A DNA stretch of 64,000 bases from Gemmatimonadota bacterium (GTDB taxonomy: Bacteria > Gemmatimonadota > Gemmatimonadetes > Palauibacterales > Palauibacteraceae): positions 32,001-96,000 of the forward strand of contig JBDHAC010000002.1 in assembly GCA_039588275.1 (NCBI GenBank), given 5' to 3'. The position numbers were made by a program, and so were the translations under genes. Below the pieces are notes generated by a model. That model had not been told where the DNA came from. It did no database searches and saw nothing but the letters and a program-made list of their open reading frames with translations. Below, in pieces: positions 40,102 to 47,841 of the stretch; position 1 is the stretch's first letter, and each line of letters starts with the position of its first letter.

Positions 40102-41220
40102 CTAGAAATCCACCTGCGCGACCAGCAGGAACTGCCCGCCGTCCAGGAACGGGCTCGGCGGTGAATCGTGCAGCTCGATCGCGTACTGTAGACCGAATTT
40201 CGCGTACTGCCCGGGAAAGATGTTGATGCCGAGGAGCACGAAATCGCGGTTCTCGCCTACGGCCGGGCTGAAGCCGTCGTAGCGCGCGACCGCCTCGATC
40301 GCGCCACCCCAGAACAGATAGCCGGCCTCTACGTAGCCGCCGTAGGCATCGAGGGCTACCTCCGACTCATCCGGCTCATCCGGTGACAGCTCGGCGTCGT
40401 AGTCGCCCCGCAGGTATTCGCCGGTGATGGACCAACCCCTATAGCTGGCGTGCACGTCGACCGACCACAGGAACCGATCGCCGGCAAACGCGTCCTCGAA
40501 CCCGATCGAGCCCTCGCCGGGTGCCGTCCCTTCGAACCCCGGACCGAGCTCGGCCGCGGTGTCCTCCGAATAGGCCACGCTCGCGCCGGCCTGGAGGACG
40601 AAGTCCTCGTAGAACGGGACCGGGCCGATCGTATTGTACTGGACCCGGCCGGCGAACATGTAGTCGCTGCCGTCGTTCTCGAGCCGACGTCCGTTGCCGT
40701 TGAAGACGCCGGCCCCGTAGGTGAGCCTCGCGTCCACCGCCTCGCCCCGGAGCTCGACGCCTACCTGACGTCCCGGTGCGATGGCTTCCGCAGCCTGAGA
40801 GCGCTCGAGGAACGTGAGTTGGCCTTTGTCCGTCAGCGCCTCCAAGCCGAACGCGGGGCGGAACAGCCCGAGCCCGATCTCGGCCTCGGGACGGATCGGC
40901 AGCCCGGCGCGAGCGTCCAGGAGCTTGAACTCGTCATCGGCCTCGTCGTATTCGACCTGAACGAAGTAATCGAAGATGATCCCGATCTTCCCGGACAAAC
41001 CGAGCCTCGCGTCGAACACGTCGAATCCGTCGCTACGCTCGGATGACGCCGGCTCCACGCGAACCCCGGTCCTCAGCAAGCCACGCACCTCGAGGTCGGA
41101 TTGCGCGGCTGCGTCCCGCGGTAGCGCGAACATCGGAATGGCTGCCGAGGCCACCAGCACCGGAGTCCACAAGCTCGATGCTCGGAGCATCGCCCTACCT
41201 CGCTTCTTCCCCATCCTCAT
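40102..41220 (-). CDS. Porin (OprO/OprP-like)
   Basis: Signal peptide, LLDAR, FGLE....LTFLERS, GRQVG, GVFNG, C-terminal QVDF. Confidence 0.8.
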   Translation of the reverse strand: MRMGKKRGRAMLRASSLWTPVLVASAAIPMFALPRDAAAQSDLEVRGLLRTGVRVEPASSERSDGFDVFDARLGLSGKIGIIFDYFVQVEYDEADDEFKLLDARAGLPIRPEAEIGLGLFRPAFGLEALTDKGQLTFLERSQAAEAIAPGRQVGVELRGEAVDARLTYGAGVFNGNGRRLENDGSDYMFAGRVQYNTIGPVPFYEDFVLQAGASVAYSEDTAAELGPGFEGTAPGEGSIGFEDAFAGDRFLWSVDVHASYRGWSITGEYLRGDYDAELSPDEPDESEVALDAYGGYVEAGYLFWGGAIEAVARYDGFSPAVGENRDFVLLGINIFPGQYAKFGLQYAIELHDSPPSPFLDGGQFLLVAQVDF

Positions 41221-42011
41221 CCCTTGGTTTCTCCGTTCAGATCATCTTCCGTATCGATCCGGGTCTCTACGTCCCCCTCGGGACCGCCGTTCCCGACCGA
41301 CTGCACGTTCTCCGCTGCGCCCTCGATCAACTCGTCGGGAAACAGCCACCGCCACCCACCGAGCCCGATCGCGGCATTGATCCAGAAATGGGCCACGATC
41401 GCGGGAAACAGGCTTCCCGTCAGGATCACCGGAAGAGCGAGCGTAAACCCCAACGTACCCGCACGAATGACGCCAGCGAGCCGTTGATACCCATGCGAGA
41501 GCCCGAACGAAAGTGACACCACCGCGGCTCCCAGCCATGGCGAGTCCAGCCAGGCCGTCGACACCGCCAGCAGGAATCCCCGGAACACGTACTCCTCGCA
41601 CACCGCAGCCACACCAGACAGCACGAGGAACGCTCGTTTCTCGGGCGCGGTTCGCGGCATCAACAGGCGCGCGAGCGCTCCTTCGGTGAGACCGACCGCG
41701 CGTGCGCCGTGCGTCACGAGCCACGCGACCGCGAGCCCCGCGACGGTGAACCCGACTCCCCACGTGAACCCCTGCGTGGCGTCCGAGACCCGCCAGCCGA
41801 GAAGAGCCGCCTCCACATCCTGCCAGGCCGTCACCGCGAGCGTGATGCCGGCGATCAGTAGGAGCGAGAACGCCACCGAGCCGTAGATGGCCCGGCGGAA
41901 TTCGAGCTGTTGCTCGTCGAGAACGCCACGCCGGGCGTCGTTCCACGCGACCAGAGGCAGCCCCGCGAGCACGAGGCCGGCGTAGATGCTGAGGATCGCG
42001 TTGGGCTCCAT
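41217..42011 (-). CDS. CPBP (Abi/CAAX) family intramembrane metalloprotease
   Basis: EEYVFRG, FGLSHGYQ, AHFWIN motifs. Confidence 0.92.
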   Translation of the reverse strand: MEPNAILSIYAGLVLAGLPLVAWNDARRGVLDEQQLEFRRAIYGSVAFSLLLIAGITLAVTAWQDVEAALLGWRVSDATQGFTWGVGFTVAGLAVAWLVTHGARAVGLTEGALARLLMPRTAPEKRAFLVLSGVAAVCEEYVFRGFLLAVSTAWLDSPWLGAAVVSLSFGLSHGYQRLAGVIRAGTLGFTLALPVILTGSLFPAIVAHFWINAAIGLGGWRWLFPDELIEGAAENVQSVGNGGPEGDVETRIDTEDDLNGETKG

Positions 42012-42273
42012 CTCGATCGCGGTGGCCTCGTTTGACGGGCGGAGGGGTACTGAATCCGACCGGCGGTCGAACGGCTGGCGGCGTATGAACCTCGATCGAT
42101 ACGGGATGTCGGTCGCTGGTGCAACACGGACCTATGGCTTTTGGCGTTGCGAGGCCATCTTTCGGAGGGCGGCCGAGCCCCTTTGCCGTAGCTCGGCGCC
42201 GTGCAGCGCGAGAATCCGGGGCCGGAGCGACGGCCGGAACCCGGCCCTCGCCCAACCGGTGGATCGCGATCGT

Positions 42274-43203
42274 ATGAGAATCGACCTGGCCATCGCGCAG
42301 TTTCGGCCCACGAAGGGGGACACCGAGGCCACACTGGCCGATATACAGGCGGTCCTCGGCCGCGTGGCCGCGATCGAGCCCCACCCCCAGCTGGTCGTGT
42401 TTCCCGAGACCGCGCTCACCGGATACTTCCTCGAGGGCGGTGTGCGCGAGGAGGCCATGTCGGCCGACACCCTGTTCGAGCGACTGTGCGAGCGCTACGC
42501 CAACGTCAGCGATGATCCGATCGATGTCGCGATCGGGTTCTACGAGCTCCGCGATCGCAAGATTTACAACTCGGCTCTATACGCCCAGCTCGGCGCGTAC
42601 GAGCCACGCATCGTGCACGTCCACAGAAAGACGTTCCTCCCGACCTACGGCGTCTTCCAGGAGGAGCGCTTCGTGGAAGCCGGGGCCGGGATCGCGGCCT
42701 TCGATACCCGCCTGGGGCGTGTGGCCGTGCTGATCTGCGAGGAGGCGTTTCACTCGATCTCGGGAACGGTAGCCGCCCTCGACGGGGCTGAGCTGATCCT
42801 GGTGCTGAGCGCGTCCCCCGCTCGAGGGGCCGAGCCCGGCGCAGGGGTGCCGGGGAACGTGGCACGGTGGGACTTGCTCGGAAGCGCGCTCGCCGGCGAG
42901 CACGGCGTGTACGTGGCCGTCTCCCAGCTCGCCGGATTCGAGGGTGGAAAGGGATTCGCTGGGGGCTCGGCCGCCTACTCGCCGCGGGGGGATCGCATCG
43001 CCCGTGGTCCGCTGTGGAGCGACGATCTCCTCGCCCTACAGGTCGACCTCGAGGACGTGATCTCGGCGCGTGCGGAGGAACCGTTGCTGGCGGACCTCGA
43101 GCGCATGTGGATGAGATTGCTCATCAACAGTCCGGGCGCGCGCATCTCGGCCCCTGACCCCCGCTCCGGCGTGCCGGGTGCCGGGGAGGAGGCGGACGCG
43201 TGA
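42274..43203 (+). CDS. Nitrilase-family glutaminase subunit of NAD+ synthetase
   Basis: VFPE..LTGY, HRK.FLPTYGVF.E.RF, LICEE, SASP; GTGA-coupled to nadE. Confidence 0.85.
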   Translation: MRIDLAIAQFRPTKGDTEATLADIQAVLGRVAAIEPHPQLVVFPETALTGYFLEGGVREEAMSADTLFERLCERYANVSDDPIDVAIGFYELRDRKIYNSALYAQLGAYEPRIVHVHRKTFLPTYGVFQEERFVEAGAGIAAFDTRLGRVAVLICEEAFHSISGTVAALDGAELILVLSASPARGAEPGAGVPGNVARWDLLGSALAGEHGVYVAVSQLAGFEGGKGFAGGSAAYSPRGDRIARGPLWSDDLLALQVDLEDVISARAEEPLLADLERMWMRLLINSPGARISAPDPRSGVPGAGEEADA

Positions 43204-44099
43204 ACGACGCCGTCCCCCCGCCGACGCTCGATTGGGGACACCCCTCGATCCGGAGCGCCTCGCCGCCCGCGCCCGGCGATCTCCGTCCGCTCGAGGTGGA
43301 CGCGGAACTCCTGGAGGCTTGGCTGGTCGAGTTTCTGCGCGACGAGATCGTGCGGCGACGCGGCTTCCGACGCGTCGTGGTCGGTCTCTCGGGGGGGGTG
43401 GATTCGTCGCTTACGGCGGCGCTCTGCGCCCGTGCCCTGGGCCCGGACTCGGTGTACGGATTCCTCCTGCCGTACCGCACGAGCAGCCCTGCGAGCGCCG
43501 AGCACGCCGAGGCTCTCGCCCGCGAGCTGGGAATCTCGACTCGCACGATCGAGATCACGGATGCGGTCGACGGCTATCTGGAGCGGCACGAGCCGGGCGC
43601 CGGCGACCATCGACGCGGCAACGTCGCGGCGCGACAGCGGATGATCATCCTGTTCGATCAGGCCTACAAGCTGGGGGCGTTGCCCGTGGGCACCGGGAAC
43701 AAGTCCGAGCGCTTGCTCGGCTACTTCACGTGGCACGCCGACGACTCGCCCCCCATCAACCCGCTCGGGGATCTCTTCAAGACCCAGGTGTGGGCGCTGG
43801 CACGTGCCGTGGGCCTGCCGTCCGAGATCGTGGACAAGCCGGCGACCGCCGACCTGATTCGTGGCCAAACCGATGAGGGCGATCTGGGGATCTCGTATCC
43901 CGAGGCGGACCTGATCCTGCACCATCTCGTGAGCGGGTACACGTCGCACCGACTCATCGAGTGCGGGTTCAGCGAGGCGCAGATCGAGATCGTATGCCGG
44001 CGGCTCGACGGCACACACTGGAAGCGCCACTTGCCGACCGTCGCCATGCTCTCATCGACCGCGATCGGCGAGTGGTACCTGCGACCGGTGGATTATTGA
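43200..44099 (+). CDS. nadE: NAD+ synthase (synthetase subunit)
   Basis: GLSGGVDS, GN..AR.RM, GTGNKSE, GDLFKTQV, GQTDEGDLG. Confidence 0.95.
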   Translation: MNDAVPPPTLDWGHPSIRSASPPAPGDLRPLEVDAELLEAWLVEFLRDEIVRRRGFRRVVVGLSGGVDSSLTAALCARALGPDSVYGFLLPYRTSSPASAEHAEALARELGISTRTIEITDAVDGYLERHEPGAGDHRRGNVAARQRMIILFDQAYKLGALPVGTGNKSERLLGYFTWHADDSPPINPLGDLFKTQVWALARAVGLPSEIVDKPATADLIRGQTDEGDLGISYPEADLILHHLVSGYTSHRLIECGFSEAQIEIVCRRLDGTHWKRHLPTVAMLSSTAIGEWYLRPVDY

Positions 44100-44107
44100 G
44101 CACCACG

Positions 44108-44135
44108 AAAAAGCCGCCGGCGATCAGCCGACGGC
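44108..44135 (-). terminator. Intrinsic terminator after tRNA-Glu
   Basis: GCCGTCGGC-TGATC-GCCGGCGGC-TTTTT on the minus strand. Confidence 0.65.
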
Positions 44136-44170
44136 CTGGCAGGTCGCTCAGCGCCTGCGTCGTCCCGCGA

Positions 44171-44243
44171 TACCCCCTAGGGGAATCGAACCCCTGTCTC
44201 CTGGCTGAGAACCAGGTATCCTTGGCCACTAGACGAAGGGGGC
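44171..44243 (-). tRNA. tRNA-Glu (anticodon CTC), CCA not encoded
   Basis: GCCCCCTTCGTCTAGTGGCCAAGGATACCTGGTTCTCAGCCAGGAGACAGGGGTTCGATTCCCCTAGGGGGTA folds to a cloverleaf. Confidence 0.96.
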
Positions 44244-44264
44244 ACGTCTGTGTTGGGGGACGGT

Positions 44265-44292
44265 ATTCTAGGGCGCCGCATGCCCCTGTCAA
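44265..44292 (-). promoter_or_regulatory. sigma70 promoter of tRNA-Glu
   Basis: TTGACA-N16-TAGAAT followed by a GC-rich discriminator. Confidence 0.75.
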
Positions 44293-44331
44293 GCCGGCGG
44301 CCCGCTGGATCTCGAGAGCTGATTCGAACCG

Positions 44332-44868
44332 ATGACGTGGGAATACCTCCACCTCATAGCCCACTCCTTCCCCATCGTCCTGTCGGTGACGGGCGTGCTG
44401 GTCGGGGTCATGGGCTGGATTCGGGACAAGCCCGAGCTGGAGCGCTGGGCGTTGGTCGCCCTGCTGGTGGGAGGCGCGTTCGTGATTCCCGCGTACGTGA
44501 CTGGCCTGGTCGCCGCGGACGTCGTGGGAAACCGGATATTCGTCGAGCCCTCGATCATACAGACTCACCGGTTCGCGGCGACCTGGGCGGCGATTCCGAT
44601 CGTCACGGCGGGGGTGCTGGCGGGCTTCGCACTGTACGAGAGCGAGGATCGAAGGCTGCGCCGATTCGTCATCCTGGTGGGGGTTGTAGCGGCGGGCGCC
44701 ATCGGCTACGCGGCCTATCTGGGGTCGCAGATCGTGCACCCGAACGAGCCCGTGGACCCGGCCGAGACGGCCCTGGAACTCTCACGGAGAGATGCATGCA
44801 CGAGCATATACGCCGCCGCAGCGTCACCACCAGGTTCGGTCTTCTTCTCGCCCTCGCGTGCGTCGTGA
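44332..44868 (+). CDS. Hypothetical membrane protein (DUF2231-like)
   Basis: HL...FPIVL, AYVTG..A, H...A, YLGSQIVH pattern; 4 TM. Confidence 0.7.
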   Translation: MTWEYLHLIAHSFPIVLSVTGVLVGVMGWIRDKPELERWALVALLVGGAFVIPAYVTGLVAADVVGNRIFVEPSIIQTHRFAATWAAIPIVTAGVLAGFALYESEDRRLRRFVILVGVVAAGAIGYAAYLGSQIVHPNEPVDPAETALELSRRDACTSIYAAAASPPGSVFFSPSRAS

Positions 44869-46154
44869 CGCCTGCGGACGCTCAGGAGGGCGCCGCCGCG
44901 GAAGCGCACGCCCTCACCCTTCACCACACGGCGATCCTCGTCGACGGTCACAACGACCTGCCGTGGCGCATCCGCGGAACCTGGGGACTCGATTTCGGCT
45001 CGGTCGATTTCTCGCAGCGACGCACCGACGGGCACACCGACCTCGTACGACTGCGGGAGGGTGGGGTCGATGTCCAGTTCTGGGCCGCGTATGTCCCCGC
45101 TCGTTTCATCGGGCCAGGCGCCAGGGTCATGGCGCTCGAGCAGATCGACCTCATCAAGCGATTCACCGGGAGCTATCCGGAGCACCTGGAGATGGCGTAC
45201 TCGCTCGCCGACGTTCGGCGGATCACGGATGAGGGACGGATCGCCTCGATGATCGGCATCGAGGGGGGACACGCGATTACGAATTCGCTGCCTGTCCTCC
45301 AGGAGATGTACGCGCGCGGCGCCCGGTACATCACCCTCACCCATTCGGCCACGCTGGCATGGGTCGACGCGGCCGGCGACGAGCCGCGACACGGTGGTCT
45401 GACCGACTTCGGGCGTGAGGTCGTGCGGGAGATGAACAGGCTGGGGATGCTGGTCGACCTCTCACACGTCACGGCGCAGGCGGCGCGCGAAGCGCTCGAG
45501 GTCACCCGCGCGCCGGTGATCTTCTCGCATTCTTCGGCTCGGGCGATCGCCGACCACCCACGCAACGTCCCCGATGACGTCCTGCGCTTGGTACGCGAGA
45601 ACGGGGGCGCCGTGTTGGTGAACTTCTACTCGGGCTTTCTGGACCCGGAGGGCGCCCGCAACGTGCAGGACCTCTTCCGCGAGGAGGCTCGCATCCGGCG
45701 TGAGAACCCGGACCCGGAGGCATTTCAGCGCGCGATGGACGCCTGGTACGCGGACCACCCGACACCCCCCGGTGATGTCGGGTCGATCGCTGACCACATC
45801 GACCACATCGTACGCGTCGCCGGAATCGATCACGTAGGCCTCGGCTCCGACTTCGATGGCGTCCCGATGCTCCCCGAAGGCATGGAGGACGTGTCTCGCT
45901 TCCCGGCTATCACCGTCGAGCTGGTGAGGCGCGGGTATTCGGACGAGGACGTGCGAAAGGTCCTCGGCGGTAACCTGCTGCGGGTGTTCGGCGAGGTGGA
46001 GGCGGTGGCGCAGACGCTTTCCGGTGAGCCCCCCCGGTCCGACCGGCTCCCGTTCGAGGGTCTGGAGCCCGGCGGCTGGGGGCCGGGCGGGTCCGAAGCA
46101 GCCGGCACCGAGGGCGCGACGTCGGAGACGGTTCGAGGGCGGGGCCGATCATGA
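44796..46154 (+). CDS. Membrane dipeptidase (peptidase M19), secreted
   Basis: VDGHNDLP, GIEGGH, TLTHS, DLSH, FSHSS, GLGSDFDG, GGNLLRV. Confidence 0.95.
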   Translation: MHEHIRRRSVTTRFGLLLALACVVTPADAQEGAAAEAHALTLHHTAILVDGHNDLPWRIRGTWGLDFGSVDFSQRRTDGHTDLVRLREGGVDVQFWAAYVPARFIGPGARVMALEQIDLIKRFTGSYPEHLEMAYSLADVRRITDEGRIASMIGIEGGHAITNSLPVLQEMYARGARYITLTHSATLAWVDAAGDEPRHGGLTDFGREVVREMNRLGMLVDLSHVTAQAAREALEVTRAPVIFSHSSARAIADHPRNVPDDVLRLVRENGGAVLVNFYSGFLDPEGARNVQDLFREEARIRRENPDPEAFQRAMDAWYADHPTPPGDVGSIADHIDHIVRVAGIDHVGLGSDFDGVPMLPEGMEDVSRFPAITVELVRRGYSDEDVRKVLGGNLLRVFGEVEAVAQTLSGEPPRSDRLPFEGLEPGGWGPGGSEAAGTEGATSETVRGRGRS

Positions 46155-46711
46155 GCGCGAACCGAGAGTCCGACCCCGGCGAGGATGCTCCCGCTCTCCC
46201 GGTAGTCGTCGGCCGCGGCGAGCTGGATGAGGTTCGCCCGGTCGCGCATTCCCGGGTGACGATGACGCAGCTCATGTCGCCTCAGGACACGAATCTGTTC
46301 GGTAGCGTCTTCGGCGGCGTGATCCTGGCGCTGGTGGACAAGATCGCGTATGTGAGCGCCACCCGTCACGCTGGATGTCCCTGCGTGACCGTCAGCTTCG
46401 ATCAGGTCGACTTCAACTCACCCATCCAGATCGGCGAAATCGTGACGCTGGAAGCGGCCGTAGCGACCGTCGGCCGCACGTCGCTCGGCGTCGGCGTGAG
46501 GGTGTTCGCCGAGAACGTGCACGGGGGCTCGCGGCGCGAGACGAACGTGTGCCACGTGACCATGGTGGCAACCGACGAGGAGCGGCACCCCGTTCCCGTC
46601 CCCAAGCTCCGGATCGAGACCGAGGATGAGTACGCGCTCTATCTGGAGGGCGAGTTCCGGCGCGAATCCCGATTGGAGCTCGAGCGTCGACGGGACTCGC
46701 GACGAGACTGA
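46151..46711 (+). CDS. Acyl-CoA thioesterase (hotdog fold)
   Basis: PQDTN.FGSVFGG..L...D, VGRTSL.V.V.V. Confidence 0.92.
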   Translation: MSANRESDPGEDAPALPVVVGRGELDEVRPVAHSRVTMTQLMSPQDTNLFGSVFGGVILALVDKIAYVSATRHAGCPCVTVSFDQVDFNSPIQIGEIVTLEAAVATVGRTSLGVGVRVFAENVHGGSRRETNVCHVTMVATDEERHPVPVPKLRIETEDEYALYLEGEFRRESRLELERRRDSRRD

Positions 46712-46781
46712 GGCTGCAGCTGCCCGGGGCATTGATGGAGGAACTCTGCCGCGAGGGCGAAGCGGCTGGCCCGGGCGGGTG

Positions 46782-46934
46782 TCAGAGCAGCGCTACGAGC
46801 CCGTAGAAGATCAGCGCCGCCGAGAACATGGCGGCGCTCTGGAGCGCGATCTCGCGCCCCGGCATCTTCGCGATGACTCCCAGCATGACGGACACGACCA
46901 GCGCCGTTCCCAGCAACCCGATCAGCTGCAGCAT
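46782..46934 (-). CDS. Small two-TM membrane protein (50 aa)
   Basis: MLQLIGLLGTALVVSVMLGVIAKMPGREIALQSAAMFSAALIFYGLVALL; GAGGGAGAG RBS; below the ORF-track cut-off. Confidence 0.7.
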   Translation of the reverse strand: MLQLIGLLGTALVVSVMLGVIAKMPGREIALQSAAMFSAALIFYGLVALL

Positions 46935-47004
46935 CTCTCCCTCGGAACTTTCGTCTTCACTCGGTCAGCGCCCATGCTGAGGGCGGGTGCTCACGGCTTC
47001 GAGC

Positions 47005-47172
47005 TCAGCTCGGACCGAGGCGCGCGGACTGCTCGCCCCGGGTCCGCCCCCGTCTTTGCAGTTCGACAAGCTCGGGCATGCCAGCCGCCTCGGCAATCCG
47101 CTGCCCGGTGGGCGTAGCCGCCAGGCCGCCGAGCGCCGTCTCACGATAGCGCACGTCCATCTTTCGTCCCAC
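47005..47172 (-). pseudogene. sdaAA: 3' remnant of L-serine dehydratase alpha subunit
   Basis: VGRKMDVRYRETALGGLAATPTGQRIA matches the SdaAA C-terminal RET..GGLAATPTG motif; upstream in-frame sequence is unrelated. Confidence 0.75.
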
Positions 47173-47256
47173 GAAGAACGCCAGCGAGACGCGAGAAGCT
47201 CGAAGCCTGGAATCGGTCAGCTCCGGCGGACCGGCCGTCCGCTCGCCGGAAGCGAG

Positions 47257-47406
47257 CTAGAAGATGGTATAGATGAACGGCGCCAGTGCCGAGCCCTGCG
47301 CGAAGACCAGTAGCGAGCCGACGATGAATAGTACCAGCAGCACCGGCAGCAACCACCACTTCTTCCGAATTCGCAGGAAGGCCCACAGCTCACGGACCAA
47401 GCTCAT
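47257..47406 (-). CDS. DUF5989 / SxtK-like small membrane protein (49 aa)
   Basis: MSLVRELWAFLRIRKKWWLLP...GSALAPFIYTIF. Confidence 0.9.
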   Translation of the reverse strand: MSLVRELWAFLRIRKKWWLLPVLLVLFIVGSLLVFAQGSALAPFIYTIF

Positions 47407-47421
47407 CCTTTTTCCTCCCGA

Positions 47422-47841
47422 TCAGAACTGCCTCTCGAGGCTGCTTTCTTGCTCCGAAGTGCGCGCCACCCAATAACTTCCGTCTCGCGGTGCGTGCTTG
47501 AGCGGGTTGCGCCCGAAGGTCCTCCGCAAGAATCCCACCGGAGAGATCACCACGAAGTAGACCAGGCTCATGAAGATGGGCGTCGTGACCTTGGAGAGCG
47601 CGTGCGCGAGGCCCATCCAGGCCCGCTGCACGGGCTCCAAACGGTCCGGGATCATAGCGCCCGAGAGGACCAAAAGGACCCCCAGGCCGCCGAGGCTCTG
47701 CCCGACGGGCGCGTGGCCTCGCCACCACACCAGCGACCCCAGCGCGCAGAACGCGAGTCCGACCGAGAGGCCGAACTTGCGCCCTTCGGCCTTCGTCAAT
47801 CGAGCTCGATCACTTCTCTCCAATCCACCTCCTCCTTCCAC
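47422..47841 (-). CDS. SxtJ family membrane protein
   Basis: GRKFGL, WMGLAHAL.KV.TP....VYF.VISP.G..RR..GRNPL, LERQF; start uncertain (47799-47841). Confidence 0.85.
   Translation of the reverse strand: MEGGGGLERSDRARLTKAEGRKFGLSVGLAFCALGSLVWWRGHAPVGQSLGGLGVLLVLSGAMIPDRLEPVQRAWMGLAHALSKVTTPIFMSLVYFVVISPVGFLRRTFGRNPLKHAPRDGSYWVARTSEQESSLERQF

Noticed and set aside
44171..44243. tRNA-Glu as an integration site of a genomic island
   Set aside because: No integrase and no duplicated tRNA 3' end seen; flanks are housekeeping genes
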